From positions 236,904,001 through 236,968,000 of the forward strand of contig NC_058368.1 of the NCBI RefSeq assembly GCF_018350175.1: a stretch of DNA of 64,000 bases, read 5' to 3'. Position 1 is the stretch's first letter. Every line of letters starts with the position of its first letter. The stretch is from Felis catus (taxonomy: Eukaryota). The position numbers and the translations under genes were made by a program. Positions 24,661-36,662 of this stretch are shown piece after piece. The notes under the pieces are model-generated. The model saw nothing but the letters and a program-made list of their open reading frames with translations. It did not search any database and was not told the origin of the DNA.

Positions 24661-25087
24661 CTGGTTCAGAATATTGAGAACCTTACAGTGTCAGCTCTTG
24701 TTAAGGACAGACTTGCCCTGTAATCCCCTTGATGCTTCTGGGCCAGTGAAGGTTCTGGGCTGGGAGCACTACCCACGCCCTGAGGGAGCACGGGCTGCCT
24801 GCTCTATTAAACGTCAGCCGTGTTCTGGCTATGCACTCCCGGGTGCACTATGGGATTAAGTCCAATCTGTGTAGTCCCAGCAGCCTGAGAAAATAGTTGC
24901 TTCCTCCGCCACATGTGTGTCCCCTGCTTCACGACAATGTTAGCTGTATGATGAGAAAGTGGTCATGTGGGGATTATTTACGGCTTATGTGTCACTAGGG
25001 GATTGAATGGCCAGGTTCGAGAATCTGAAGGAATACAACCATAGCAATTCATAGCAAGATACTTACTCTTAAGGATATGGTGGTTTA

Positions 25088-25257
25088 GGGGCGCCTGGGT
25101 GGCTCAGTTGGTTGAGCGGCCGACTTCAGCTCAGGTCACGATCTCACGGTCCGTGAGTTCGAGCCCCGCGTCAGGCTCTGTGCTGACAGCTCGGAGCCTG
25201 GAGCCTGCTTCGGATTCTGTGTCTTCCCCTCTCTCTCTGCCCCTCCTCCACTCACGC
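25088..25257 (+). mobile_element. Can-SINE lacking its 3' tail
   Basis: Intact 5' GGGGCGCCTGGGTGGCTCAG body. Ends at ccactcacgc with no (CT)n/AATAAA/poly(A) and no TSD. Confidence 0.93.
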
Positions 25258-25401
25258 GTGTGAATGTGTGCATGTGAGTGTGGCACTGAGCAGTCTAACA
25301 TAACTCCTGCCCTGTAAGAGTGGAAATGTGATACGGGAGTTCACCTGGAGAGGATGAGTTGGGGAGATTCATCGTTTAATCTGAATCTCGGTGGAGGTCA
25401 T

Positions 25402-25738
25402 GGCTATGGGCTGAACTGTGCTGTCCCTTGGATTCACGTTGAAGTGCTAACCCGGCACCCAGTTACAGTCTTCCCAAAGGTGATTACAGTTACATGAAGT
25501 CATGAGGGTGGATCTCTGATCCTGTATGACTAGTACCCTTACAAAGGAGGAAGAGACACCAGAACTCTCTCTCTTCACGGTGGGAGGACACAGTAAGAAG
25601 ATGGCCATCTGCAAGCCAGGAGGAAAGGCCTCACCAGACATCCAAGCCCTTCCAGCCTCCTGTGAGAACACAGAGGGCTGGTGTTCAAGCCTCCCAGTCG
25701 GCGGCACTGTGTCCCAGCAGTCCCAGCAGATTAGGATG
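25402..25738 (+). mobile_element. MaLR solo LTR (MLT1A/B-like)
   Basis: gctatgggctgaactgtg..gaggacacagtaagaagatggccatctgcaagccagg..ttccagcctcc..gttcaagcctcccagtc. Confidence 0.85.
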
Positions 25739-25994
25739 CTCGGTCTCGGGAAAGGACATGACAGTTGCCGCTATGAGTGGTTCCCCACACACTCAGCCGC
25801 CCTTGTACTTCAGAAGCACCAGCTGCATTTGCATTTGCCTGAGGATGCCCCATTTTCTAAATACACACTGAAAGTAGCCCTCTTTTCCCCTGGACCTCAT
25901 TCGACAAGTAGATCCAGTATCTTGGCGTGTGTCCCTATTGGTGTCAGCACAGGGCTGTGTCCTACTGAGGTCATTCTCCTTCTTCTTGGATTTC

Positions 25995-26011
25995 TTTTTT
26001 TAAATGTTTAT

Positions 26012-26052
<41 letters not shown>

Positions 26053-26212
26053 AAGCAGGGGAGGGCAGAGAGAGAGGGAGACAGAGACCTGAAGCAGGTT
26101 CCGCACTGTCAGCACAGAGCCCAACATAGGGCTCAAACTGGCAAACCGTGAGATCATGACCTGAGCTGAAATCAAGTCAGGTGCTTAACCGACTGAGTTC
26201 CCCAGGTGGCCC
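25995..26212 (-). mobile_element. Can-SINE
   Basis: TSD ttcttg(g/c)atttc at 25983-25994 and 26214-26225. Confidence 0.95.
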
Positions 26213-26686
26213 GTTCTTGCATTTCAAGCAGAGAGTTACAGTCTGAGAAACAGTGCGTGCCATTTACGGGAAGGCAAGGGGCAGTCTTGGGTGGATATAC
26301 GTGCAGCCAATATGGAGGTACTCTTGTATGGGTCTCGCGGCAAACTCTTTCTGATATTTTAATGCTAAGTGAATATATTTAACCCCAGTGGGAATGAAGT
26401 GTCATTGCACACGTCTCCTGAGTTTGAGGAGGCAGAATTACAGACCCCAAGCATTTGATCGTAATAAGTAAATGGAAAAACCCCTCAGAGATTAGTTCCA
26501 GCCTGAAATCCTTATATTAATAGGCAAAAAATTGGTGGCAGATCTGGGCTAAGTGTCTTGCCCCGTGTCCCGGTGAGTCAGTGAAGAAGAGAGACTTCAG
26601 GCTTCCGGTGGGATCTTACCACCTTATAGGACGATGCAAACCTAGACTCCTCCAATCCCTACCCTACCAATACGCTGTAGCCCTTT

Positions 26687-27218
26687 CTTTTTCTTTTTCT
26701 TTTTTTTTTTTGGACAGGATTTCAATTTTCTTTATTATTATATTTCTACAGCAACTGAGTATTACACGTGCAATTAAAAAAATTAAGTTTGCATTGATTG
26801 ATTGATTGATTGATTGATTTATATCCAAGTTAGTCACATATAATGCAATAATGATTTCAGGAGTAGATTCCAGTGATACATCCCCTACATATCACACCCA
26901 GTGCTCATCACAACAAGTGTCCTCCTTAATGCCCCTCACCCATTTAGTCCATCCCTCCCACCCACAACTCTTCCAGGAAACCTCAATTTGTTCTCTATAA
27001 GAGTCTCTTATGTTTTGTTTTCCTCCTTGTTTTTATATTACTTTTGCTTCCCTTCCCTTATGTTCATCTGTTTCGTATCTTGAGTTCCTTATATGCATGA
27101 AGTCATATATTTGTCTTTCTCTGACTGACCAATCTCACTTAGCATAATACCCTCCAGTCCATCCATGTAGTTGCAAATGGCAAGATTTCATTCTTTTTGA
27201 TTGCTGAGTAATACTCCA

Positions 27219-27261
<43 letters not shown>

Positions 27262-27309
27262 TATATACCACATCTTCTTTATCCATTTGTCCACTGAAGG
27301 ACATTGGGC
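26687..27309 (-). mobile_element. 5'-truncated carnivore L1 with probable 3'-transduced segment (26712-26792)
   Basis: L1 3'UTR at 26819-27309, (ATTG)n at 26793-26818, ~80 bp of non-L1 sequence, then poly(T) at 26687-26711. Degenerate TSD at 26674-26686 and 27308-27320. Confidence 0.85.
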
Positions 27310-28384
27310 AGTGGCCCTTTTTTAACTAAATATCTATCCCATGGCTCATCAACATCAGCTCTCTGACATCAAAAGGTTTTGCTGTTACAGACACTTTTTT
27401 ACTGAATTTATTCACATTCTGATTAGACTGATTTTTTTTAGCTGCATAATGGTTGATTCATACCCAGGACTGGACATTGATGCCTGGCACCAATACTGAA
27501 ATCTGATGACTAGTTTAAACAAAGCTAGGGGTTCAGGATGCAAGCAGAAAGGGGTCCGCCTGACTGAGATCACTTGTATGGGGAGAAAAGGTGCAGCCAT
27601 GAGCCTGTGACCCTAAAAGCAAAGAGTACAGCAAAGCCAGTAATAGGGGCCAGCTGACATCACTGGGCCCAATGACATCACTGCTTGTCGTGCAGAAGCA
27701 CATTGCACATTACTTTGAAACTTTTGACGGGAGTGAGACCACAGCCAGAAGCCTGGACAGGAGTTTTGCAGTGTGTCCAGGTAAGCTAAAGCATTCTGGA
27801 GCAGAGGTGTGTCCCACAGAAAGGGGAGCACAGACAGACTTCTGACTGATTAACCGATAGACACAGGGAGTCTAGATTTAGGAAGTGAAAAAGCAATGAT
27901 GATACACAGTGTTCAAAATTTGCACACAGTCACCTCCGAATTTGCACACAGTCGCCTCCGAGGAAATAATGGGGAGTGAAGAAGATGAGCTCCCAGGAGG
28001 TCCTGTTATCAATCTGGTTTCATCCATCTTGAGCAGACGAGGCAGGGGGCATTGGGAAGGGGCCATTGGGCATGACTCGTGGGAAGGAAGAGCAGACGCT
28101 CACTGTGTTCAGATGGAGGAAAGATAGGTAGGAGGTGAGGGTGTGCTGTGTGACCACCACTTAGGGGTAGTTGAAATTCTAAGAATGGGTGAGAAAAGTA
28201 GTGCCGTAGGAATAAATCATTTCTCCCTGGAAGTGAGTAATCTTCATCTCTTTTCCTGGACACGGTGGCATTGACAAGTGGGGATGTTAAGCTCTATTTT
28301 AGTGTCCACTTTGGGACGTGGCTTCTGCTCCAGCAGAATCGGTCACACAAGAAGTAGCAGCAGCTTCAGTCAGCACATAATCCC

Positions 28385-28510
28385 GTTACTTACGGTTCAC
28401 GGTGTCCCCTTCACGTGTACAAGCACCTCTAATTTAAAAGCAAACATGCTATTTGTACAATTATTCCCATTTTACAGACGAGGAGGCTGAGGCTCACAGA
28501 GGCAAAGTAG
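28385..28510 (-). mobile_element. MIR remnant
   Basis: attattcccattttacagacgaggaggctgaggctcacagagg. Confidence 0.75.
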
Positions 28511-28549
28511 TGGTTTTCATCAGCAGGCATTAAGAAATGATAGCTTCCC

Positions 28550-28779
28550 GGGGCACCTGGGTGGCTCAGTCAGTTGAGCACCAGACTTCGCCTCAGGTCA
28601 CGATCTCACAGTCCATGAGTTGGAGCCCCGCGTCGGGCTCTGTGCTGACAGCTCAGAGCCTGGACCCTGCTTCGGATTCTATGTCTCCCTCTGTCTCTTC
28701 CCCAACCCACTCGCATTCTGTCTCTGTCTCTCTCTCAAAAAAAAATAATGATAATAAACATTAAAAAAATTTTAAAAAA
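28550..28779 (+). mobile_element. Can-SINE (SINEC_Fc)
   Basis: TSD aaatgat(a/t)gcttcc at 28535-28548 and 28782-28795. Confidence 0.96.
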
Positions 28780-30258
28780 GTAAATGATTGCTTCCAAACT
28801 AATGCTTTTCCCAAACTCCCCAAACAACTGTAAGAACTGGACCCTCAAACAATAGGCTAATCTACACCTCCCATGTCTGGCATGTCATAAAGCTCCATTT
28901 GCAGGAAGCTTTACGTGCTTTGAGGACAGAATGAGGTGCAGTGAGGAAGGAGGAGGTGGCTCCGAAGAGCAGGGACCCACTGTCCCTGTTGTGTTGACAC
29001 AGATGGGAAGGACCAGGGCAGCCCCAGCAGACAGTGATCTGGGGGTGAGCAAGTAGTGAACGGGCTTTACTGTCACTCATAGGCACCTGTTGTCCCAGCA
29101 CAGCGCACACAAGCGCACACACACACGCACTCCAACTGTGGTTCCCAGGAACGTGACCCAGTCCAGTGATGCTTTTAATAAACATAAAGCACCCTTCACA
29201 TTTTTGTCCAGAAATACTAAAGACAAAAGTTGGCCACCTGGATTTATAGAAAACACGATGTGCGAGCATCATCGACAACCAGGAAAGGAGAGAGGAGTTT
29301 GCATGTGTGTGTGTGGGTGGGTGGGTGGGGCTGGTACCAAGACCAGATGTGAAATTCTGTTGGGAAGTTTTCTATCTGTCAAATGGGAAAGTGAAGTTGG
29401 AAATGCACTTTCCAAATCACAAACATTTATATTTAACTCAACCTGGGTAACAACATTTGAAAGCTACATGTGCTACTTGGATCTTAAGATCATGAGGGCA
29501 CATTAAGTACATTTCACGCTATTGTCTTGCTCTGCAATTTTGGGATTTCCGAGGAACAAGTGGAAGTGATAAGAAAACAAGCTTTTGTGGGAAATTAAAG
29601 GGATGGCAGTAGAGTGTTCTAAATGAAATGCCTACTTACCATTTTTGATGTGTACCACTTGTTAAAAACATTTCTAAACAATCAAGGAAGTCGTTATTAG
29701 TGGCTATGCCTTGCTTTCTACCCAATCCTGAGGTCTGAAGAGGTCTCAATTGCAGGTAATGTCTTCTTGGAATCCTATCAGGTTCTGGTGGGTTTTAAAA
29801 ATTGTATCAGTAGCCACATAAGACAAAATGCAATGAGAGTCTGTGACATTTGACATCGACTCCTTGTTTTTTCACTTTGAAAAGAGGACATAACACTTTA
29901 GAACAAGAAACCATGCTTAGGGTGAATAAGTTATTGGGAATTTCTGATCAAGTCAATTGTTTGTTACATGAACACTGCAGAAGAATTGCATAAAATATCT
30001 GACTCGTGGGTTATTTCGCACAGTTAAGAAGACAATGACATAGGATTAAAGAGAATAAAGGCAACCTTCTCTGGCACACACGCAAACACTGTAGAGATTC
30101 ATTCCAAAGTGTTCAAATAAACTGCCATTTCCGGCGAATGTAATCAAGGGAAAAGCACAATTTGTATTATATTTCCAGGTATGTAAATCTGGACTTTCTT
30201 CATTTTCCCTATGAGGTAAAGGGGATGATGTCTCTGGTAGTTGAAAACAATGAGGATT

Positions 30259-30479
30259 GGGGTGCCTGGGTGCTTCAGTCGGTTAAGCGTCCGACTTCAG
30301 CTCAGGTCATGATCTCACAGTTCGTGAGTTTGAGCCCCGCTTCAGGGTCTGTGCTGACAGCTCAGAGCCTGGAGCCTGCTTCACATTCTGTGTCTCCCTC
30401 CCTCTCTGCCCCTTCCCTGCTCATGCTGTGTCTCTCTCTGTCTCAAAAATAAACAAACATTAAAAAAATATTAAAAAAA
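30259..30479 (+). mobile_element. Can-SINE (SINEC_Fc)
   Basis: Perfect 16-bp TSD GAAAACAATGAGGATT (30243-30258 and 30480-30495). Confidence 0.97.
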
Positions 30480-31859
30480 GAAAACAATGAGGATTATTGA
30501 ATAATAAGATGATTTCATAGAGAGTTTTCTAATTTAAAAAAGTCTGCACTCCAAAACATACTGGAAAATATTAATAAATGGACCATATCTAAGTTTCCAC
30601 CCAATGCCACTGTAATAATGCTCTACGTGCACACCTTTGCGAGGCTGAGTCATGAGTTTGCGAGCCGTGATGGATTGTGGGAGGGCTTCGTTTCCACTTT
30701 TATTGTGTTGGAGGAACCAGTGGGAGCTTGGGTGGACCTTTTGGAGAGGTGGGAAGTGTCGATAACAAACAGGGATCGGCCGGCGACATTCAGAGTGCTG
30801 AGAGTCATGGTAAATGCTTTCTCTCAGGTGTGTGCCCTCCTGTATGTGCCGTGATGTCAGGGGTGGCATGCAGGCGTTGCTGGGGGTCTATGATGCCACG
30901 TTCCCAAATCCCCGGGCCCCAAGAGTCCAGATGGCAGCACAGACAGACTCAGCCGAAAGCAAGTTCTCAAAGACTGGAAAGAAGGTTGTGAAGACATGCA
31001 TTGGAAGGATAGCTAACTGAGTCATAAAATGTATTTTGTTGTCAGATTTCTCCCCTCTGAAAAAAAAAATAAGGCAGTTAGCTTTTACATTCCTTTGTAC
31101 CAACCATCTGAATTCAGTGTTGGCAGTGGAAGTTGCCTTAAGGCCCTTGCAGCTTTTGTTTTCTCAACTCTTAAAATTCATCCGGGTGGGTGGGAGAGGG
31201 TGGGGACAGACACCAGGAGGGTGTGCTGGGCTGCTGGAGTGTTGTGCGTGGGTTGTGGGGAGACTCCCACCTGCAAATGAACGAAGTCGGAGATGTCCCC
31301 AAGGCTAGCGGGGGACAGTGGTTTGTGGTCCCTAGGGCAGTGGGGAGCTGGTTTTCTGCTCTCTGGTTGGACCTTAGAGGTGAGCAGCTTCCAGATCCAG
31401 GGGAAGGATCCCGTGTCACTGGACTTCCAGCTCTGGCAGATTTGCTCGCTCAGCACAAGCTAGGTGAAAACAAGCAAGGCCATCTACCCTCAGGGGACCA
31501 TGTGGGCTGATCAAAGACCAACCCCCTGTCGCAGCCCAAGGACTGAACACTAGGAAGGCCACCTGTCCCCTAGTTCTAGTGGGAGTGAGGCCCGTATAGC
31601 TTTCTCAGGAATCTGGGAGGGAGAGGTATTTCCAGGAATTCCTGGATGGAATTTTCTTCCATGTAGATAACGTAAGTTCAGAAATAGATTTTTTTTTTTT
31701 TGCCAAAAATAAAGAGCCTGAAAAATTTAGGTGAACTTAGAGATACACATACAAATATACGTATGCAAACATATGCAGACACATAAATGTACATACATAT
31801 ATATTCACACAAGTACGTACACGCATACATATATGTATGCATGTAAATAAATGTATGTG

Positions 31860-32754
31860 TGTGTGTAACAAGATGCACAGATCTTAACTTTACAATTCAG
31901 TGGGTTTTACACAATATCCAGATCAAGAAAAAAGAAACTTAGGAGAATTTCCAACTATTACCCCCATCCCCCTAGTATTCTATTGCAACCTAATCACCCT
32001 TTTCAAGGTCACATAAATGGACTCATACAATGCGTTTTCCTTTGTGTTTGTCTTTTGGTCAATGTCTGTTGTTCCTGGTGTACTAGTTGTTTCTTCTTAT
32101 ATTTATTGTATAAATATGCCCACATTTGTTTATTTATTCTACTGTTGATGAACACTTGGGCTTTTTCCACGTTGGGCTTCTATGAATACACTGGGGTTTC
32201 TACGAATATAGCTGTATCAGACTTTGGTGCACTTCTCGTGGGTGTGTATCCGTGAGTGGGTTCTGTGGTAGGCATATGTTTGTCTTTGCTAGATACAGCC
32301 AGACCAAGATGTTGTGCCAATTTGCACTTCAACCAAGAGTGCACAGCGTGCCAGATACAAACCATTCCATCCACACATGGCATTCCTGGTCCTAATTTTA
32401 TTTTAACCACTCTGCTGGCTACGTATCTGTTAGTATCACATTGTGACTTAATCTGCATATCACTGATATGTAATGACATTGACCCTTTTGTAGCTTACTT
32501 GCCATTTGGATATTCCCTTTGGTGAAGTCATTGTCATAAAGTTCAAGTCTTTTGCTGACTGAAAAAATTGGTGGTTTTTTTGGCTGATTTGTAGATGTTT
32601 TTATGTATTATGGATAAGAAGTTTTGCTGTATTGTAAATGTTTTGCCTTGGTCTGTGGCTTGTCTTTCCATTTTCCTTAATGGAGCATTTGATGAACAAA
32701 AGTTCTTAATATCAGTGAAATACAAGTTATTAGTATTTTCTTCTGTTATTGTTG

Positions 32755-32787
<33 letters not shown>

Positions 32788-33058
32788 CTTATTTAAGAAG
32801 TCTTGGCTTACCCCAAGGACTTGAAGATAATCTACTATGTGTTCTTACATGACGTTTCATTATGCTAGCCTTCACAATTAGTTTTGTGATTTTTTTTGAG
32901 AATAATGTTTGTATATTGTGAGAGTAAGGAGACAGTGTTTTTCCCCTCTCATGGGTGTATAATGGTTCTAGCACTATTGACCGAGAACTGCATCCTTTCC
33001 CCAGTGAATTGCATTGGTGGCTTATTTTGTTTTGTATTTTTAAATAAGTGTAGTGATT

Positions 33059-33102
<44 letters not shown>

Positions 33103-34726
33103 TGTTTCTAGACTTGCTATTCTGTGCTAATGACCTACCTGTCTATCTCTAGACAATATCTCCTTGTCTTGATTTCTGTACGTTAATGGTGAGCCTTAAT
33201 CTCTGCTAGCATAAAGTCATCAGCATTTTTGTCCATTCAGGGTGTACTGTATTCTAGATCCTTTACTTTTGCATGTAAACTTTAAGATCCGCTTGCTGTG
33301 TGTATTTAAAAATAATGTTTCGCCTGCAGTTAAGCTTGGTGTGTCTAAGAGGCAGGCCCAGTTGTCTTACTGGGATATTCAAATCTCCTGCTTTTTTGTT
33401 GTTGTTGTTGTTGGTTCCTTGTTGTATCAGTTACTGAAGGAGGAATGTTACAATTCCGGTCAGGGGGATGTGTTTGTCTTCTTTTCCTTTAGTTCTGTTG
33501 CTTTGTGTGTTAAAAAATTGGAAACCATGGTTTCAGGAAAGTAGGAATTTACGATTGCCGTGTCTACCCGTCGGCCTGAGTACCGTCATCTGGAAACACG
33601 GCTATTTGTCCCCAGCAGCACGGGTTTCGCGACTTCTCTACCATCTGTTCTCGTGGTGCCACGCCATTTTATTTTGCTCAGTGTGTGTGGTGTGTCTTCT
33701 CCCATCATTCAATGTCAACCCAACTGTCCTCTTACATTTAGTGCGTATTTGGTATATTTTCATTGTGTTTCTTTTTTTTTCAAGACGACATCTTTCCTTC
33801 TTTTGAAAAACAAGATTTAGTTCATTCCCATTAAAAGTAATCATTGTGAAAACAAATTTTTTAAGTAAAAGTAATCATTGTGGAGTTTCCTCAAAAAGTT
33901 AAAAATAGATCTACCCTAGGACCCAGCAATTGTGCTACTAGGTATTTGCCCAAAGGATACAAACATATGATTTCACTCACATGTGGAATTTACGGCACAA
34001 AGCAAATGAGCAAAGAGGGAAGCGAGAGAGAGAGAGACAAATCAAGAAACAGACTCTGAATTAAAGAACAAACTGATGGTCACCAGAGAGGAGGTGGGTG
34101 GGGGGAGGGGTGAACTAGGTGATGGGGATTAAGGGTCGCACTTACGATGAGCACAGGTGCTGTATGGGAGTGTCGAATCACTATAATGTGCACCCAAAAT
34201 GGATATTACACTATTACCTAACTGGAGTTTCAATAAAACCTTTAAAAAAGTAATCATTGTTATAATTAAGGCTGTCTACCATCTCAGGGTTTTCTAATTG
34301 TACTCTCTGATTGACCCTTTATTGCTTTGTTGGTATTTTGGATTAATCAAATCCTTCTGATTCATTTCTTGTCCTCTCTTGTCTGGAAGCCACATAGTCT
34401 TACATTCCTTTCTCAGGGGTGCCCGAGAGATTTCAGTACACATCCCTGAGTTATTCCAGCCTAATCAGGTTTTTGCTTCTCTAACGTCCTGAATAATATA
34501 AAGATTTTTCAACAATTTAACATTACTACCCATGCCTCTTTTTTTTTCTGCTCTTATGATGTATTTTTACAAATATGCCAGCCACCTGTGAAACATAATT
34601 ACTTGTGTATAAAACATTCACATTCTTCTTACATTTATACACTTACTTGTCTCCTCCAGTCCTCTGTATTCCTTCTGAGGTACTAGAATCAACTAAGATC
34701 ATTTTTCTTAATCAAGAGGAACTTTC

Positions 34727-34774
<48 letters not shown>

Positions 34775-34855
34775 TCCTCTTTCTTTCTAGCATTTATTAT
34801 AATTTAGGTCTGCTGGAGATGAATGTTTGCCTAAAAACATATTATTTCATCTTTT
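31860..34855 (-). mobile_element. Ancient fragmented L1M (3' end to ORF1-region remnants)
   Basis: Antisense L1 motifs throughout (tttgatgaacaaaagttcttaat, ctagatcctttacttttgcatgtaaactttaag, ggtctgctggagatgaat). Embedded (TG)n and (TTTC)n tracts. Confidence 0.75.
33882..34245 (+). mobile_element. Short, internally deleted carnivore L1 3' fragment
   Basis: ggagtttcctcaaaaagttaaaaataga..cccaaaggatacaaacat joins directly to atgatttcactcacatgtgg, then 3'UTR and AATAAA. Flanked by AAAAGTAATCATTGT. Confidence 0.9.
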
Positions 34856-34868
34856 TAAAGATTTTTTA

Positions 34869-35087
34869 GGGGCGCCTGGGTGGCGCAGTCGGTTAAGCAT
34901 CCGACTTCAGCCAGGTCACGATCTCGCGGTCTGTGAGTTTGAGCCCCGCGTCAGGCTCTGGGCTGAAGGCTCGGAGCCTGGAGCCTGTTTCCGATTCTGT
35001 GTCTCTCTCTCTCTCTGCCCCTCCCCCGTTCATGCTCTGTCTCTCTCTGTCCCAAAAATAAACGTTGAAAAAAAAAATTAAAAAAAA
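34869..35087 (+). mobile_element. Young Felinae-type Can-SINE nested in the tail of an older SINE
   Basis: Diagnostic ggcgcagtcgg, cttcagccaggtcacg, gtttccgattct and gtcccaaaaataaacgttg. TSD AAAGATTTTTTA (34857-34868 and 35088-35099). Confidence 0.96.
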
Positions 35088-35099
35088 AAAGATTTTTTA

Positions 35100-35294
35100 A
35101 TGATTTATTTTTGAGACAGAGAGAGACAGAGGGTGAGTGGGGGAGGGGCAGAGAGAGAGGGAGACACAGAATCCGAAGCAAGATCCAGGCTCTGAGCCGT
35201 CAGCACAGAGCCCCACACAGGACTTGAACCAACTGTGAGATCATGACCTGAGCCGAAGTCGGATGCTTACCTGACTGAGCTACCCAGGCACCCC
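35100..35294 (-). mobile_element. Can-SINE (SINEC_Fc), host of the 34869 insertion
   Basis: Antisense body ending caggcacccc. Its T-rich tail continues at ~34852. Confidence 0.94.
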
Positions 35295-35933
35295 TATTTT
35301 GCCTTTCTAAAATCCAAATCTTCTTCATTGAGAAATAATATAAAGTCAATGAAATTTACCCATTTTAAGTAAAATCATCATCCAGAATTCTCCCAACAAG
35401 GCTCTCTTCTACCTTTCTGTCCGTGGACCTTCGTTTCCTCCCAGCTTTGACCACTACTGACTGAATGGATGTCAGCCTAGTTTTGTCTGGAACTTGATAC
35501 AGTCTTCTTTCCTTGAGCATGAAGTGAGACCCATCCGTGTTGCAGTGAGTAACAATGTTCTATTGTGTTTATAACCGGTCAGTAGTATTTTGATGTGTGG
35601 GCATACCACAATTTCTTCATCTATTAACCAGTTAAATAACATTTGAGTTGTTTTCAGTTGGGGGCCATTATGAATAAAGTTGCTATGAACATTCATGGAT
35701 AAATAATCTTCTGGAAATATGCCTTTGTCTCTCTTGGATAAATGCTTTGAAGTGATATTGTTTGGCCATGGGTAGATGTTAATGTTACATTTTATAAAAA
35801 AGAGAAAACTGTTTTCCCAAGGGGGTGTATCATTTTACATTCCTACCAGAAATTTATGAGAATTATAGCAGTTTTTACCTGTTCTAGACAATTAAAAGCA
35901 GTGTCCAAATGTGGTTTTAGTGGCATTTATTTA

Positions 35934-36158
35934 TTTTTTTTAAATTTTTTTTTTAACGTTTATTTATTTTTGAGACAGAGAGAGACAGAGCATGAACGGG
36001 GGAGGGGCAGAGAGAGAGGGAGACACAGAATCAGAAGCAGGCTCCAGGCTCTGAGCCATCAGCCCAGAGCCCGACGCGGGGCTCGAACTCACGGACCGCG
36101 AGATCGTGACCTGAGCTGAAGTTGGACGCTTAACCGACTGCGCCACCCAGGCGTCCCG
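35934..36158 (-). mobile_element. Young Can-SINE (SINEC_Fc)
   Basis: Perfect 18-bp TSD TTTAGTGGCATTTATTTA (35916-35933 and 36160-36177). CpGs largely intact. Confidence 0.97.
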
Positions 36159-36261
36159 ATTTAGTGGCATTTATTTAATAACTAGTGGTATTTAACATCT
36201 TATATTTTTTTGATGGTGTATCTATTCAAAATGCTTCCCTTTTAAAAATTAATTAGTTCTG

Positions 36262-36662
36262 CTGTGCCTGGGTGGTTCAGTTGGTTAAAGCATCTGACTC
36301 TTGATTTTGGCTCAAGTCATGATGTCATAGTTTGTGAGTTTGAGTCCCACGTCGGACTCTGTGCTGACAGTGTGGAGCCTGCAAGGGATTCTCTCTCTCT
36401 CCCTCTCTCTCTGCCCCTATGCCCCTCAAGAATGAATAAATTAATTAAAAATAATTTTTTAAGTTATTTGAGAGTGAGAGCGAGAGAATGCAGGGGAGGA
36501 GCAGAGAGATAGAAAGAGAGCGAACCCCAAGAAGGTCCTGCAGTGTGGAGCCTGATGAGGGGCTCGAACTCATGAACCATGAGATCATGGCCTGAGACAA
36601 AACTAAGAGTCAGACACTTAACCTACTGAGCCACCCAGGCTCCTTGAATGAATAAATGTTTA
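36262..36662 (+). mobile_element. Older Can-SINE with a second SINE nested in its tail
   Basis: Body at 36262-36441, tail resumes at 36646. Outer TSD aaaaattaatt(a/t)gtt (36244-36258 and 36663-36677). Confidence 0.9.
36442..36645 (-). mobile_element. Can-SINE nested tail-to-tail in the previous SINE
   Basis: TSD GAATGAATAAAT (36430-36441 and 36646-36657). Confidence 0.92.

Noticed and set aside
25526..26092. 188-aa ORF
   Set aside because: Spans an MLT1 LTR and ends in a SINE (GA)n tract.
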